NCBI GenBank assembly: GCA_963736875.1
Contig: CAVTQH010000003.1
Coordinates: 65,756 to 129,755, forward strand
Length of the DNA: 64,000 bases
Direction of reading: 5' to 3'
Source of the DNA: Candidatus Amesbacteria bacterium
GTDB lineage: Bacteria; Patescibacteriota; Microgenomatia; CAZETR01; Amesbacteraceae
The position numbers and the translations under genes were made by a program. Position 1 is the stretch's first letter, and the number at the start of each line of letters is the position of its first letter. Shown here piece by piece: positions 51,901 through 61,281 of this stretch. The notes below the pieces were generated by a model. It was not told the DNA's origin. It made no database searches and saw only the letters and a list, made by a program, of their open reading frames with translations.

Positions 51901-52620
51901 ATGTATAGCCTACCGGGATTGGAGAAATTTCCCGAACTGGTGTCTGGAGTGTCAATGGCGGATGAAGGAAATATGTCACAAAGATGGGGAGATTCGGAAA
52001 GTGTAAGGAAAAACAAGCGGAATTTTTTGCGCAAACTAAATATCAAACCCGAGGATTGTGTAGCAGTGTCGTTGCTTCTGGGAACAAAAATCAGGATAGT
52101 CGGAGAAAAAAACAAAGGGAAACTTGTGAAAGGTGATGCCCTGATAACGGCGAAACCCGGTGTGGGCTTGTGGATGCTAACTGCGGATTGTTATGCGGTT
52201 GTGGTCTATGATGCGAAGAAAAAAATCCTGGGACTGGTGCATCTGGGCAGACAGGGAGCGGACGGGGGACTGGCGGAAAAAGTGGTCGGGCGGTTTAAAG
52301 ATCTGGGGTCCAAACCCGAAGATTTAGTTGTCAGTGCAGGTCCGGGAATTAGACAGAAATCTTATGTTTGGGAGGGGAAATTACCGTTTAAAAAAGACTG
52401 GGGCGGGTTTGCCGTGCAGTCAGAGGTGAATAAATGGCAGATAAACATCGGGGGATTTTTGTGTTCACATTTTATAAATAATGGCATTAGAGAGCAAAAT
52501 ATTAGGATTAGCGAGGTGGACGTTTTTAACGATCCCAGATTTTTCTCGCATGTCCGGTCGGTGAAGACGGGTGAACCTGAAGCCCGGTTTGCAACCGTGG
52601 TGATGATGAGATCAAAATAG
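51901..52620 (+). CDS. pgeF: peptidoglycan editing factor PgeF / YfiH (laccase-domain, DUF152)
   Basis: 'GVSMADEGNMSQRWGDSESVRKNKRNFLRKLNI' N-terminal region and conserved Cys/His positions typical of YfiH. Confidence 0.7.
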   Translation: MYSLPGLEKFPELVSGVSMADEGNMSQRWGDSESVRKNKRNFLRKLNIKPEDCVAVSLLLGTKIRIVGEKNKGKLVKGDALITAKPGVGLWMLTADCYAVVVYDAKKKILGLVHLGRQGADGGLAEKVVGRFKDLGSKPEDLVVSAGPGIRQKSYVWEGKLPFKKDWGGFAVQSEVNKWQINIGGFLCSHFINNGIREQNIRISEVDVFNDPRFFSHVRSVKTGEPEARFATVVMMRSK

Positions 52621-53232
52621 CTCCGTCAGGGAGTGAATGGTTTTAACGGTCGGGTGGGTGGCGTCGTCTTTACGGTTTAACCAGACAGGAGTGATGTTGG
52701 GGTAAGGGATCAAACCGGAAATCATCTCTGGCCGGTCGTCAACGATAACAGAATCATTAGGAAGGCAGTTAAGAACGGCCGGATCGATTTTACGGCGGTG
52801 GATGTGCATCAAATCCGGATTAAAGTAATCCAGGATTCCTGAAAGTCTGAGTTTGGTTGTCTGAAACTCCCGGTAGCCTTCGGAGTAAATTCCCAGGCTG
52901 CGGCCGGGAAAAAGTTTTTGTAACCCGGGTACCGTATCCGGATAGAGAGCGTTTATGAAGTTCTGTGGATTGAAAAAAGTATTGTAAAGTTGCTGAAAAG
53001 GAAAAGAATGGTCTTTAGCGATATGTCTGAGAAATCTATTGGGGAGAAAGTCAGAGGATTTTTCCAGGGCGTTGGTATAAGCGGCCAGAGTCCCGTTAAA
53101 TTCCGGTAAAGAGATTTTTATGGTTTCGGCCAATCGGGGATAGACATTTAGGCGGAACAGATCTGCGTCGAAAAGAGTCAGGTCAATATCAAAGAGAATT
53201 GATGGCTTGTTTGTATTGTTCATATTCGTCAC
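52612..53232 (-). CDS. HAD-superfamily hydrolase
   Basis: Motif I 'ILFDIDLTLFD' (DxDxT), motif III/IV 'VIVDDRPE'. Confidence 0.7.
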   Translation of the reverse strand: MTNMNNTNKPSILFDIDLTLFDADLFRLNVYPRLAETIKISLPEFNGTLAAYTNALEKSSDFLPNRFLRHIAKDHSFPFQQLYNTFFNPQNFINALYPDTVPGLQKLFPGRSLGIYSEGYREFQTTKLRLSGILDYFNPDLMHIHRRKIDPAVLNCLPNDSVIVDDRPEMISGLIPYPNITPVWLNRKDDATHPTVKTIHSLTELF

Positions 53233-54454
53233 GGTAATCTTTGAACATAGTAAAACTGGGAGCGGCGGGGGATAACAGGCAGATTTTTCCCGCGGCGGTA
53301 TGTTTGTGAGCCAGCCTTACGGCTTCGGACATGCTTTTGGGATGAAAATATTTGATTTTAGGGTGGATTTCCAGTTTTTGGATTTCCTTCCAGATCCGGG
53401 GCCCGGTGGCGGGAAAAACGATCAGGGTTTTAATGTGACTATCCAGAATTTTGCCGGCTAAAAGGGAATAATCCTGTTTGCGTTCATGACCGCCGGCGAT
53501 CAGAGTTGCGATATCCGGAGCCAAAGCGTCAATGGCGGCGATGGTGGCTTCGGGGATGGTGGCCAGGGTATCGGCGTAGTATTTGATGCCTTTTTTGGTA
53601 CCTGCCAGATCCAGCCGGGTTTCCAATGGCTTAAAAGAGGCAATTGACCGGTAAACAGCATCTTTCGGCAGTTTCATAATACCGGCAATTTTAACAGCCG
53701 GGAGAATGTTGTATTTGTTGTGATTTCCCAAAAGTTGGGTGGAGATTTGCCGGTCGTAATCCAGAAGGGAGAACGGAAGTTTGCGGGCGGGAGTCAGTTC
53801 CGCGGTTTGAGCGGGAAGGGGAAAGTCGTTGTTGTAAATAAAATAGTCGTTCCGGGTTTGGAAACGGGCGATATTTCTTTTGGCTTCGACATATTCGGCA
53901 AAAGATTTGTGATAATCAAGGTGGTCGCGATAGATATTCTGCAAAACCGCAATATGGGGGGAAACGGTCAGATCCATAAGCTGGTATGAGGAAAGCTCCA
54001 TTACCACCCAGGTTTCTTTGTCAATTTCCGGTAAAAAGTCCAGAGCAGGACGGCCGATATTGCCCACCAGAACGGATTTGATCTTATTTGCATCCAGCAT
54101 ATGGTGAATCAAAGATACGGTAGTGGATTTACCCTTGGTACCCGTCACCCCGATAATTTTTTGACAGGGACAAACCTCGAAAAAGATTTGGGTATGGGAA
54201 GTAATAATAACTCCTTCTTCTGCGGCTTTTTCGATTTCAGGTTTGTGAGGTGAAATTCCCGGGGTTTTGATAATTAATTTAAAATCCTGAAGATGTTTCA
54301 AATAATCCGGACCGTCTTTTTGGTCGGCGGTTGCGATTTTGAGACGGGGGAATCGGGTATGAAGAAAGTTAAAAGTGGACTGACCTTCCCGGGCAAAACC
54401 CAGGATGAGAATTTTATCCAGTTTGGATATCCGGTTAAGAATGGGTGACGGCAT
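53189..54454 (-). CDS. murD: UDP-N-acetylmuramoylalanine--D-glutamate ligase
   Basis: 'ILILGFAREGQSTFNFL' Rossmann N-domain and 'VIGVTGTKGKSTTVSLIHHML' P-loop. Start is ATG 54454 (the ORF is open to 54499). Confidence 0.85.
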   Translation of the reverse strand: MPSPILNRISKLDKILILGFAREGQSTFNFLHTRFPRLKIATADQKDGPDYLKHLQDFKLIIKTPGISPHKPEIEKAAEEGVIITSHTQIFFEVCPCQKIIGVTGTKGKSTTVSLIHHMLDANKIKSVLVGNIGRPALDFLPEIDKETWVVMELSSYQLMDLTVSPHIAVLQNIYRDHLDYHKSFAEYVEAKRNIARFQTRNDYFIYNNDFPLPAQTAELTPARKLPFSLLDYDRQISTQLLGNHNKYNILPAVKIAGIMKLPKDAVYRSIASFKPLETRLDLAGTKKGIKYYADTLATIPEATIAAIDALAPDIATLIAGGHERKQDYSLLAGKILDSHIKTLIVFPATGPRIWKEIQKLEIHPKIKYFHPKSMSEAVRLAHKHTAAGKICLLSPAAPSFTMFKDYRDEYEQYKQAINSL

Positions 54455-54737
54455 ATTTGAGGATTTTACTAAATTTTTCCGGCAGATTGGGATTATCAAG
54501 CCAGGAGGCGAGGATTTCTTTTAAACCCTGTCCGGTATAGGCAGCCCGGGCTTCGGCGCGGGTTAAAACACATTCGAAAGGTTTGACGGGATTATTACCT
54601 ATTAAATCATCGAGAATTTTTTGGTTTTCGGGCAGATCGGGAGGATAAGTGCCCATAATTTCCGTCACTTTTTCTTTGCTGATAAAGCAGGCAAGCATCA
54701 GGGCAGTGGAAACACATTTGGGACAGTGCGGCACCAC
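54435..54737 (-). CDS. hypothetical Cys-containing fragment, possibly the C-terminal remnant of the upstream disrupted PP-loop gene
   Basis: 'MVPHCPKCVSTALMLAC' resembles the QueC-type C-terminal CxxC(x)nC zinc site. Preceded by two other short minus-strand ORFs in different frames (55189-54992, 55023-54607). Confidence 0.25.
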   Translation of the reverse strand: MVPHCPKCVSTALMLACFISKEKVTEIMGTYPPDLPENQKILDDLIGNNPVKPFECVLTRAEARAAYTGQGLKEILASWLDNPNLPEKFSKILKYAVTHS

Positions 54738-55136
54738 AATTTGTTCGGTTGCTGTAGCCGATTGCCAGTTTAAAGTTGTGGTTACAGCTGGTAAAAATAT
54801 TTGAAAAATATTGGGGATATTGGCAGAAAAGTTTGGTAATTTGCAGTTCTATAAAGGCGGTCTTAAAAAACGAAAAGCAATTTACGCGGTACAGGATAAT
54901 GATTTGAGATAAGCATTTAAGATCCGATTCGAATTCAAGGGTTTTGGAATATTGGTGGTTGATTTCATGACCCAGATAGGTGGTATTGCCTTCACCTGCT
55001 AGAGCGCTCATTGGAAAAGGCAATGGCAGAGGAACCGGAAAGATGTGCCGTTAAGAGGGAAGCGAAAGAGTAGAAAGCGGAAACCGGAACGTGGCCGTTT
55101 AAATATCCCTTTTGGTTTAGTTCAAGCAAGTACGGA

Positions 55137-55745
55137 TCAAGAAGGCTTTTTGCAACGATATGGTTTGAGACCGGCGGTTTGGCAGACATTTAACATTATA
55201 GGGACGGGATTAATAATAAAGGGAATAACTTTAAAATGAGGTTTGAGAAGTTCCAGAGTGACGATGGAGTCTTTGCCGCCGCCTACCGGAACCAATACTT
55301 TGTGCTCGCTACCTGGTCGTTGCCTGGATCCAGCTGCGCGCGATGTTTGAGACGCCTCCGTCTGCTCGCCTATTATTATTTGAAGAAAGTCATTATCTGT
55401 GAAATCTATTTGGTTTTGGTAAAAATATTCACCCATGCCTTTTATAAATAATTTTTCCCAGAATTTGATCTGATTTACCGATAGGTTTCCGGCGGTAATT
55501 TCAATAACCGGGGAACAGGTGAGTTTCCAGTAGGAGGGCATAAGGGAGAGACCGACGTGGAAAACGAGGTTGTCCAAATTTTCAATTTTCAATTTACAAT
55601 TTTCAATTATTATTCTGTGGGTGAATTTATGATCAGGGGGAATTGAGAAGAAATATTTAATTTCCAAATTGTCATTTACGATTTCATATTCACACTTTTC
55701 GTAAATAAATTTTGGATATTTCCGAAGAACATCTTGAAATTTCAT
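55137..55745 (-). CDS. PP-loop (SGGxDS-like) ATP pyrophosphatase superfamily protein with unknown N-terminal domain; probably 3'-truncated by frameshifts
   Basis: 'KVLVPVGGGKDSIVTLELL' PP-loop near the C-terminus of a 202-aa ORF. The next frame continues with 'NGHVPVSAFYSFASLLTAHLSGSSAIAF', reminiscent of QueC-family 'FVPGRNILFLTLAAIYA'. Contains the heptamer array at 55578-55605. Confidence 0.4.
   Translation of the reverse strand: MKFQDVLRKYPKFIYEKCEYEIVNDNLEIKYFFSIPPDHKFTHRIIIENCKLKIENLDNLVFHVGLSLMPSYWKLTCSPVIEITAGNLSVNQIKFWEKLFIKGMGEYFYQNQIDFTDNDFLQIIIGEQTEASQTSRAAGSRQRPGSEHKVLVPVGGGKDSIVTLELLKPHFKVIPFIINPVPIMLNVCQTAGLKPYRCKKPS
55578..55605 (+). repeat. 28-nt heptamer array (ATTTTCA ATTTTCA ATTTACA ATTTTCA) inside the minus-strand PP-loop gene
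   Basis: Differs from the pcm copy at only 2-3 positions; encodes 'ENCKLKIEN' in the host gene frame. Confidence 0.7.
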
Positions 55746-55764
55746 ACCATGCTATTATAAGCCC

Positions 55765-56430
55765 ATGGAAGGACCCATCGATAATGAATCCCCTGATTTG
55801 ATAAGAGCAAAAGACATTAATATTATAAAAATAGAAGATCCGGGTCAGAAGCAGAAAATAACGGTGATATTACATGAAATGATCAAGGATTCAGAAACCC
55901 ATCCTATACAAGGAATCGTACCCAAGGAAATGACAAAAGAAGAGATTGAAAAAGCAACCTCAAGTTTAAAGATATTTTCCGGAGTCAATGGTTATGAAAA
56001 GTGGTATACAGAGAACGTCAACCCTTTGAGTAAGAAGGATAAATTTAAACTCCGGTTATCTTTTTTGGGTGCCGGAGCCGTATTAGCAACTGATCAGGGG
56101 GATAAGGATAAAAGCAGTTGCATAATATTATTAGAACCTAAAGTTAAGTATTTACTGCATGAGTTGAAGCATTTTGCCGACTATACGGTTTTTGGTAAGG
56201 AATATGTTGATAAAACTGCAAATTTACCATCGCCTATACCCTGGAGAATTATCCAGACAGCATTGTCGATATCCGGTCCGATAATAGGTGTGAAATATCC
56301 GGAAACAGGATTGTATATCAGTTCTTTGGCCTTAGGATTGTTAGCAATTAGTTTGATTGTAGAGTCTAAATATCGTTTAAATACAGGAGAACGGAGATCC
56401 TCTAAGGCAGAAGAGAAATTCTTAAACTGA
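55765..56430 (+). CDS. hypothetical protein (221 aa, C-terminal TM)
   Basis: ORF only; hydrophobic 'LYISSLALGLLAISLIV' near the C-terminus. Confidence 0.35.
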   Translation: MEGPIDNESPDLIRAKDINIIKIEDPGQKQKITVILHEMIKDSETHPIQGIVPKEMTKEEIEKATSSLKIFSGVNGYEKWYTENVNPLSKKDKFKLRLSFLGAGAVLATDQGDKDKSSCIILLEPKVKYLLHELKHFADYTVFGKEYVDKTANLPSPIPWRIIQTALSISGPIIGVKYPETGLYISSLALGLLAISLIVESKYRLNTGERRSSKAEEKFLN

Positions 56431-57682
56431 TTCCAGTATTTGTTTTGCAAGTTTGTAAGAGTTACCGGAACCCATGACAACTACGATGTCAAGACCGGAT
56501 TTATGGGAGACGAGATATGAAACAATTTCATTAAATTCCGGAATATAAATGGCGTTGGGGTGGTGCATGGCTTTAATGATGTCAGCTCCGGTAAAATCTC
56601 CCGGATCTTTTTCCCGGGAGGCGAAAATTTTTGAGACTATCACGCCATCTGCTTTTCTTACAGCTGTCGGCAGTAGGTCTGACATAACCCTGAGACGGGA
56701 GAAGGTGTGGGGTTCAATAATAACAGTCAATTTTTGACCGGGATAGAGTTCCTTGATTGCAGAAATGACAGCGGCAAAAGATGAGGGATGGTTGGCATAG
56801 TCGTCATATACCTTAATGCCGTTTTTTTCACCCAGAAAATCCAGCCTGCGTTCAAGGCCCCGGAAGTTTTTGAGGGCGGAAGTTAAATCCCGGCCGGAAA
56901 TTTTTAAAACTTCGGCAAGTTTGATTATCGCCAAAGCATTCGATTTGTTGTGGTTGCCGGGCTGGGAGAGGATCAGGTTTTCGGGAAAGTCAGATAAACG
57001 GTAAGGGACGGAGTTTTCAGGAAATTTCAGTTTACGGGAAAGCGGGGAGTCGGCGTTGAAAATTACCACTCCTCCCGGTTTGAGACGGTTGATAAAACGC
57101 TGGTAACAGGAAAGCATGTTTTTAATGGTGCCGAAATATTCGGGATGATCGTATTCCACCAGAGTCAGAAGAATTACGTCAGAATGATAGGTGGCAAAAT
57201 TATCATGGAATTCATCGGCTTCGCAGATGAAATACCCGGATTTTCCGATACGGACATTGTTCTGCCAATCTTTTACCGTGGCTCCCTACTTCAACTGTAG
57301 GATCGAGACCCGCTTTTTCCAGAAGAAGTCCTGCCATGGCTGTGGTGGTGGATTTGCCGTGGGTACCTGCGACGCAAATGACATATTTATCCCGGTGGAG
57401 GTATTTACCCATAAAGTCCTGCCATTTGGTTAATATACCTTTTTCTTTTCCCAGGGCTGTTTCCGGGTGGTCGTCGTTTTGGTAAAAAACTGCGGGAGTG
57501 ACAGCCAGAATATCCGCATTATCCAAATGGGCCGGGCTGTGACCGGAATAGAGTTTGATACCCGGTTTTCTGACTTTTTCAATGTAAGGCGTATCCAGTG
57601 AGAGGTCGCAGCCGGAGATTTGGTAGCCTTGGGAGCGGGCAATCTGGGCGACGGCGGACATGCCGGAGCCGCCGATGCCCAT
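56422..57682 (-). CDS. murC: UDP-N-acetylmuramate--L-alanine ligase with one frameshift (~57278-57284, GGG run)
   Basis: N-terminal ORF (57682-57212) 'MGIGGSGMSAVAQIA...YVICVAGTHGKSTTTAMAGLL'. Its tail reads '...EVGSHGKRLAEQ*', whereas the -1 frame reads 'GATVKDWQNNVRIGK', the expected MurC sequence. C-terminal ORF (57159-56422) 'VEYDHPEYFG...DDYANHP'. Confidence 0.8.
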
Positions 57683-57689
57683 GAAGTGA

Positions 57690-58784
57690 ATGTGTTTGGT
57701 TTTGGCTTCTATATGCGTATTATATCGCCACCCGCGATATAATAATCTGGTGCATTATTATTTGGGGTGGGTGCTCATCTCGTTTGCCGTAACTTTCGGA
57801 TTGATGATTCCTTTCATCAATCTATTGTATAAACTGAAATTTCAAAGAGGAAAAGAGACCGAGGAAATCAGGAAGGACGCGACCAAGAACTTTTATAAGA
57901 TCCGGGAAATGCATGCTGTCAAGGCCGGGATTCCGACGGGAGGGGGAATAATCGTGGCGTTTGTGGTGACGGTTTTATTTGTGGCGGTTGCCGGGGTGAT
58001 GATTTCCAGGGGACAGCTGTTTTCGGGACATCCGATGTGGTGGGAGCTGGCGGTGCTGTTTTATACATTGACGGGTTTTGGCCTTCTGGGCCTTTATGAT
58101 GACCTGATGAAAATATTCGGTTTTGCCAAAACCGGTTTTTTCGGTCTGAGAATGCGGCATAAACTGATACTGCAGGTTTTATTGGGGATCGGGACGGCTG
58201 TAATGCTTTATTGGGGACTGGGGATAAATTTTATCAATATCCCGTTTGTGGGACTGGTGCGGCTCGGGTGGTGGTATTTGCCGATGGCAGTGGTTCTGGT
58301 AGTGGGATTTGCCAACTCATTTGATTTTACGGACGGATTGGACGGACTTTCATCCGGACTTCTGATGGTGTGCCTGTGGGCGTTCTGGGTAATTTCGTTT
58401 CAGGATCTGGACCATGTGCTGTCGCTTTTTATTGCCATTTGGCAGGGAGCGGTGATTGCCTACCTGTATTTCAATATCTTTCCGGCCCGGTTGATGCTGG
58501 GCAACGTCGGCGGGCTGTCTTTTGGTGCGGGATTGGCGGTAATCGGTCTGTTATCAGGGAAAATTGTGGCACTTCTAATTATCGGGGGAGTGTTTATTGC
58601 CGAAGGAATGAGCAGCCTGCTGCAGCTTTTTTCCAAAAGATTTATGAAGCGGAGGATTTTTCCGATTGCGCCGCTGCACCACTGGCTGCAGCTTATGGGC
58701 TGGGAGGAGCCGAAGATTGTGGCCCGGGCATGGCTGACCGGAGCGGCATTGGCGCTTTTCGGGGTTTGGCTGGCGATGCTATGA
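57690..58784 (+). CDS. mraY: phospho-N-acetylmuramoyl-pentapeptide transferase
   Basis: 'KAGIPTGGGIIV', 'DDLMKIFG', 'NSFDFTDGLDGL' (DDxxD and aminosugar motifs). The true start is probably a GTG/TTG near 57760-57780; the 5' part of the ORF is promoter sequence. Confidence 0.85.
   Translation: MCLVLASICVLYRHPRYNNLVHYYLGWVLISFAVTFGLMIPFINLLYKLKFQRGKETEEIRKDATKNFYKIREMHAVKAGIPTGGGIIVAFVVTVLFVAVAGVMISRGQLFSGHPMWWELAVLFYTLTGFGLLGLYDDLMKIFGFAKTGFFGLRMRHKLILQVLLGIGTAVMLYWGLGINFINIPFVGLVRLGWWYLPMAVVLVVGFANSFDFTDGLDGLSSGLLMVCLWAFWVISFQDLDHVLSLFIAIWQGAVIAYLYFNIFPARLMLGNVGGLSFGAGLAVIGLLSGKIVALLIIGGVFIAEGMSSLLQLFSKRFMKRRIFPIAPLHHWLQLMGWEEPKIVARAWLTGAALALFGVWLAML
57718..57744. promoter_or_regulatory. 11-bp perfect inverted repeat (TATTATATCGC-CACCC-GCGATATAATA) in the divergent murC / mraY promoter region; contains a TATAAT -10 hexamer
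   Basis: Read directly. TATAAT at 57738-57743 is oriented for mraY and its mirror for murC. Confidence 0.4.
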
Positions 58785-59968
58785 TCAGAAAACTTAAGAA
58801 TTTATATCATTTGTTTAATGCGGTTTACTGGACGTATCGGTGCGGATATCCGGCGAAGAAACTGTATATCATCGGAGTGACGGGAACCGACGGAAAAACG
58901 ACTACCTGCACCCTGATTTATGAAATACTTAAAGCCGCAGGGATTAAAGTCGGACTGTTGACAACCGTGGCGGCTGTTATCGGCGGTGAGGAAATCGAGA
59001 CCGGGCTGCATACCACCAATCCCGACCCGAGTCTTTTGCAGCCGATTCTGAAAAAGGCCGCGGAGAAAGGGATAACCCATATGGTTTTGGAAGTGACCTC
59101 CCACGGTCTGGACCAGAACCGGGTCTGGGGATGCAATTTTCAAATCGGGGTTCTGACCAATGTTACTCATGAGCATCTGGATTACCATGGGTCGTTTGAG
59201 AAATACCGGGAAGCGAAACTGAAATTGTTCAGAAATGTCAAATATGCAGTATTGAACCGAGATGACCCTTCTTATGATAATTTTCAATTTTTAATTTCCA
59301 ATTTTAAATCAATTCCTAAAATTAAAATTTTCAAATATACAAAAACGAAAATTGAAAATATCAGTCCGGAGCTGGCGGGGGATTACAACGGGCATAATAT
59401 TGCGGCGGCGGAGATGGTTTGCAGGATCCTTGGAATTAATCAGGGGGTGATAGCCAAGGTGATAAAAGAATTCCGGGGAGTTCCCGGCAGGAGAGAAGAG
59501 GTTAAAGCGGGGCAAAATTTTAAAGTGTATGTGGATTTTGCCCATACACCGAATGCTTTGGAGGCGGTTTTAACCCAGCTTAAAAAAGAGCTGCCCAAAG
59601 GCAAAAAACTGGTTGCGGTATTCGGGGCTACCGGTGAGAGGGATAAAGAAAAAAGACCGATGATGGGGGAAATTGCGGCCAAACTGGCAGATGTAATGAT
59701 AATTACCTCGGATGATATCCGAAGCGAGGATCAGGATGAGATTGCCGCCCAGATTATGAGCGGAATACCCGAAACTCAATTAAAAGATATCAAAGTATTT
59801 AAGGAGAATGACCGGAAGAAAGCGATAATAATGGCTATAAAAATGGCTAAAGCGGGGGATATTGTTCTGCTGGCCGGGAAAGGCCACGAAAAAACAATTC
59901 TTTTGGGGAAAACCGAATATCCCTGGTCGGATGCGGAGGTCGCCAAAGAATTGCTGACTGACAGATAA
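58781..59968 (+). CDS. murE: UDP-N-acetylmuramoyl-L-alanyl-D-glutamate--2,6-diaminopimelate (or L-Lys) ligase
   Basis: 'IIGVTGTDGKTTTCTLIYEIL' P-loop, 'VTHEHLDYHG', C-terminal 'FGATGERDKEKRP'. ATG 58781 overlaps the mraY stop (ATGA). Contains the heptamer-array insertion 'NFQFLISNFKSIPKIKIFKY'. Confidence 0.85.
   Translation: MIRKLKNLYHLFNAVYWTYRCGYPAKKLYIIGVTGTDGKTTTCTLIYEILKAAGIKVGLLTTVAAVIGGEEIETGLHTTNPDPSLLQPILKKAAEKGITHMVLEVTSHGLDQNRVWGCNFQIGVLTNVTHEHLDYHGSFEKYREAKLKLFRNVKYAVLNRDDPSYDNFQFLISNFKSIPKIKIFKYTKTKIENISPELAGDYNGHNIAAAEMVCRILGINQGVIAKVIKEFRGVPGRREEVKAGQNFKVYVDFAHTPNALEAVLTQLKKELPKGKKLVAVFGATGERDKEKRPMMGEIAAKLADVMIITSDDIRSEDQDEIAAQIMSGIPETQLKDIKVFKENDRKKAIIMAIKMAKAGDIVLLAGKGHEKTILLGKTEYPWSDAEVAKELLTDR
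59280..59307 (+). repeat. 28-nt heptamer array (ATTTTCA ATTTTTA ATTTCCA ATTTTAA) inside murE
   Basis: Read directly; same family and orientation as the other copies. Confidence 0.65.
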
Positions 59969-60024
59969 AGCCGGTCATCGGATTTTTGATTTAGGGGTTT
60001 TATTATGCTATTTTGGAGAAATCT

Positions 60025-61116
60025 ATGAAAGAGGTACGCCGATTTTGGCATGAGTTCAGAGAGTTCGCAGCCGGGTGGCGCAGGTTTTGGTACTGGAGGC
60101 TGTATCAGGCTTTTTCCCGGTTTGAAAAAGTAAAAGACGTGGTTGTGCAGCTACTGTACCGGCAGCGGGGCAGATTTGCCCGGCCGTTTGTGCATACAGC
60201 CATGGGAGGGCTGGTAACCATGGCGGTGACTCTGGCTCCGGTTTTGGCCTCGTCGTTTCCCGGGGTGGAGAAAGAACTGTCGGAAGAAGTGATACCTTCC
60301 ACTCAGATACTGGAAGTCCGGTCGTCAGACACAACGACCCAGATATCGGACAAAGTCCGGGATCAGGTAGTGGAATACACGGTGCAGTCGGGGGATACGG
60401 TATCGGAAATTGCCGATAAATACGGAATTTCCACTGATACTATCAGGTGGGAGAATAATCTGGCATCCCTAAATGCCATCAAGCCGGGACAGACATTAAA
60501 GATTTTGCCCGTATCCGGAGTACGGCACAAGGTAAGCCGGGGAGAAACGATTTATTCAATTGCCAAGAAGTATGATGCCAACTCGCAGGCCGTCGTTGAT
60601 TTTCCCTTTAATACTTTTGCGGATAACGAAACATTTGCCCTGGCGACCGGGCAGGATTTGATTGTTCCTGACGGAAAGAAGCCCAATGCAGTGCTCTGGT
60701 CCCCGAGTAAATATATTGCTCAAAATACGCCAAATGCAGGAGCAATATCAGCTATTGGTAAATTCGTTTGGCCGATTGGCGGGCGGATTACACAGCGGTT
60801 TGCCTGGTACCACCGGGGGCTGGATATTTCTACGGCTTTCGGGACACCGGTTCTGGCTGCCGATTCCGGAACGGTAACGGTAGCCGGCTGGCCGGATGGT
60901 TCCGGCTACGGGAACCGGGTGGTAATTGATCACGGGAACGGATATGTGACCTGGTACGGGCATTTGTCCAGATTTGCAGTCTCGGCGGGACAGACGGTTG
61001 GCCGGGGGAGTGTGATTGGTTATGAAGGGTCGACCGGCCGGTCTACCGGTCCGCATCTGCATTTTGAAATCCGCCGGGGCGGAGTGCCGGTTAACCCGCT
61101 GGAGTATTTGAAATAG
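60025..61116 (+). CDS. LysM-domain M23 family metallopeptidase (peptidoglycan endopeptidase)
   Basis: N-terminal TM. Two LysM repeats ('YTVQSGDTVSEIADKYGIS', 'HKVSRGETIYSIAKKYDA'). M23 'HRGLDI...' with HxxxD and 'GPHLHFEI' HxH motifs. Confidence 0.8.
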   Translation: MKEVRRFWHEFREFAAGWRRFWYWRLYQAFSRFEKVKDVVVQLLYRQRGRFARPFVHTAMGGLVTMAVTLAPVLASSFPGVEKELSEEVIPSTQILEVRSSDTTTQISDKVRDQVVEYTVQSGDTVSEIADKYGISTDTIRWENNLASLNAIKPGQTLKILPVSGVRHKVSRGETIYSIAKKYDANSQAVVDFPFNTFADNETFALATGQDLIVPDGKKPNAVLWSPSKYIAQNTPNAGAISAIGKFVWPIGGRITQRFAWYHRGLDISTAFGTPVLAADSGTVTVAGWPDGSGYGNRVVIDHGNGYVTWYGHLSRFAVSAGQTVGRGSVIGYEGSTGRSTGPHLHFEIRRGGVPVNPLEYLK

Positions 61117-61281
61117 GAACATCTTATTTTTTAGTGTGCGATCTGAATAATTCCGAAGTATATACAAAACCGGGAAAATGTTTTGATATCAGCAGGAGCA
61201 GAATAACAAGGATAGAGTAGAGAAGGAGAATGAGCTGATTCAGGGAAAATCAGGAAATTGTAAATAGGAACGTTTTAAGAC

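Noticed and set aside
58370-58780. Long N-terminal extension of the murE ORF overlapping mraY in another frame
   Set aside because: It lies entirely within mraY coding sequence. murE has a proper ATG at 58781 overlapping the mraY stop.
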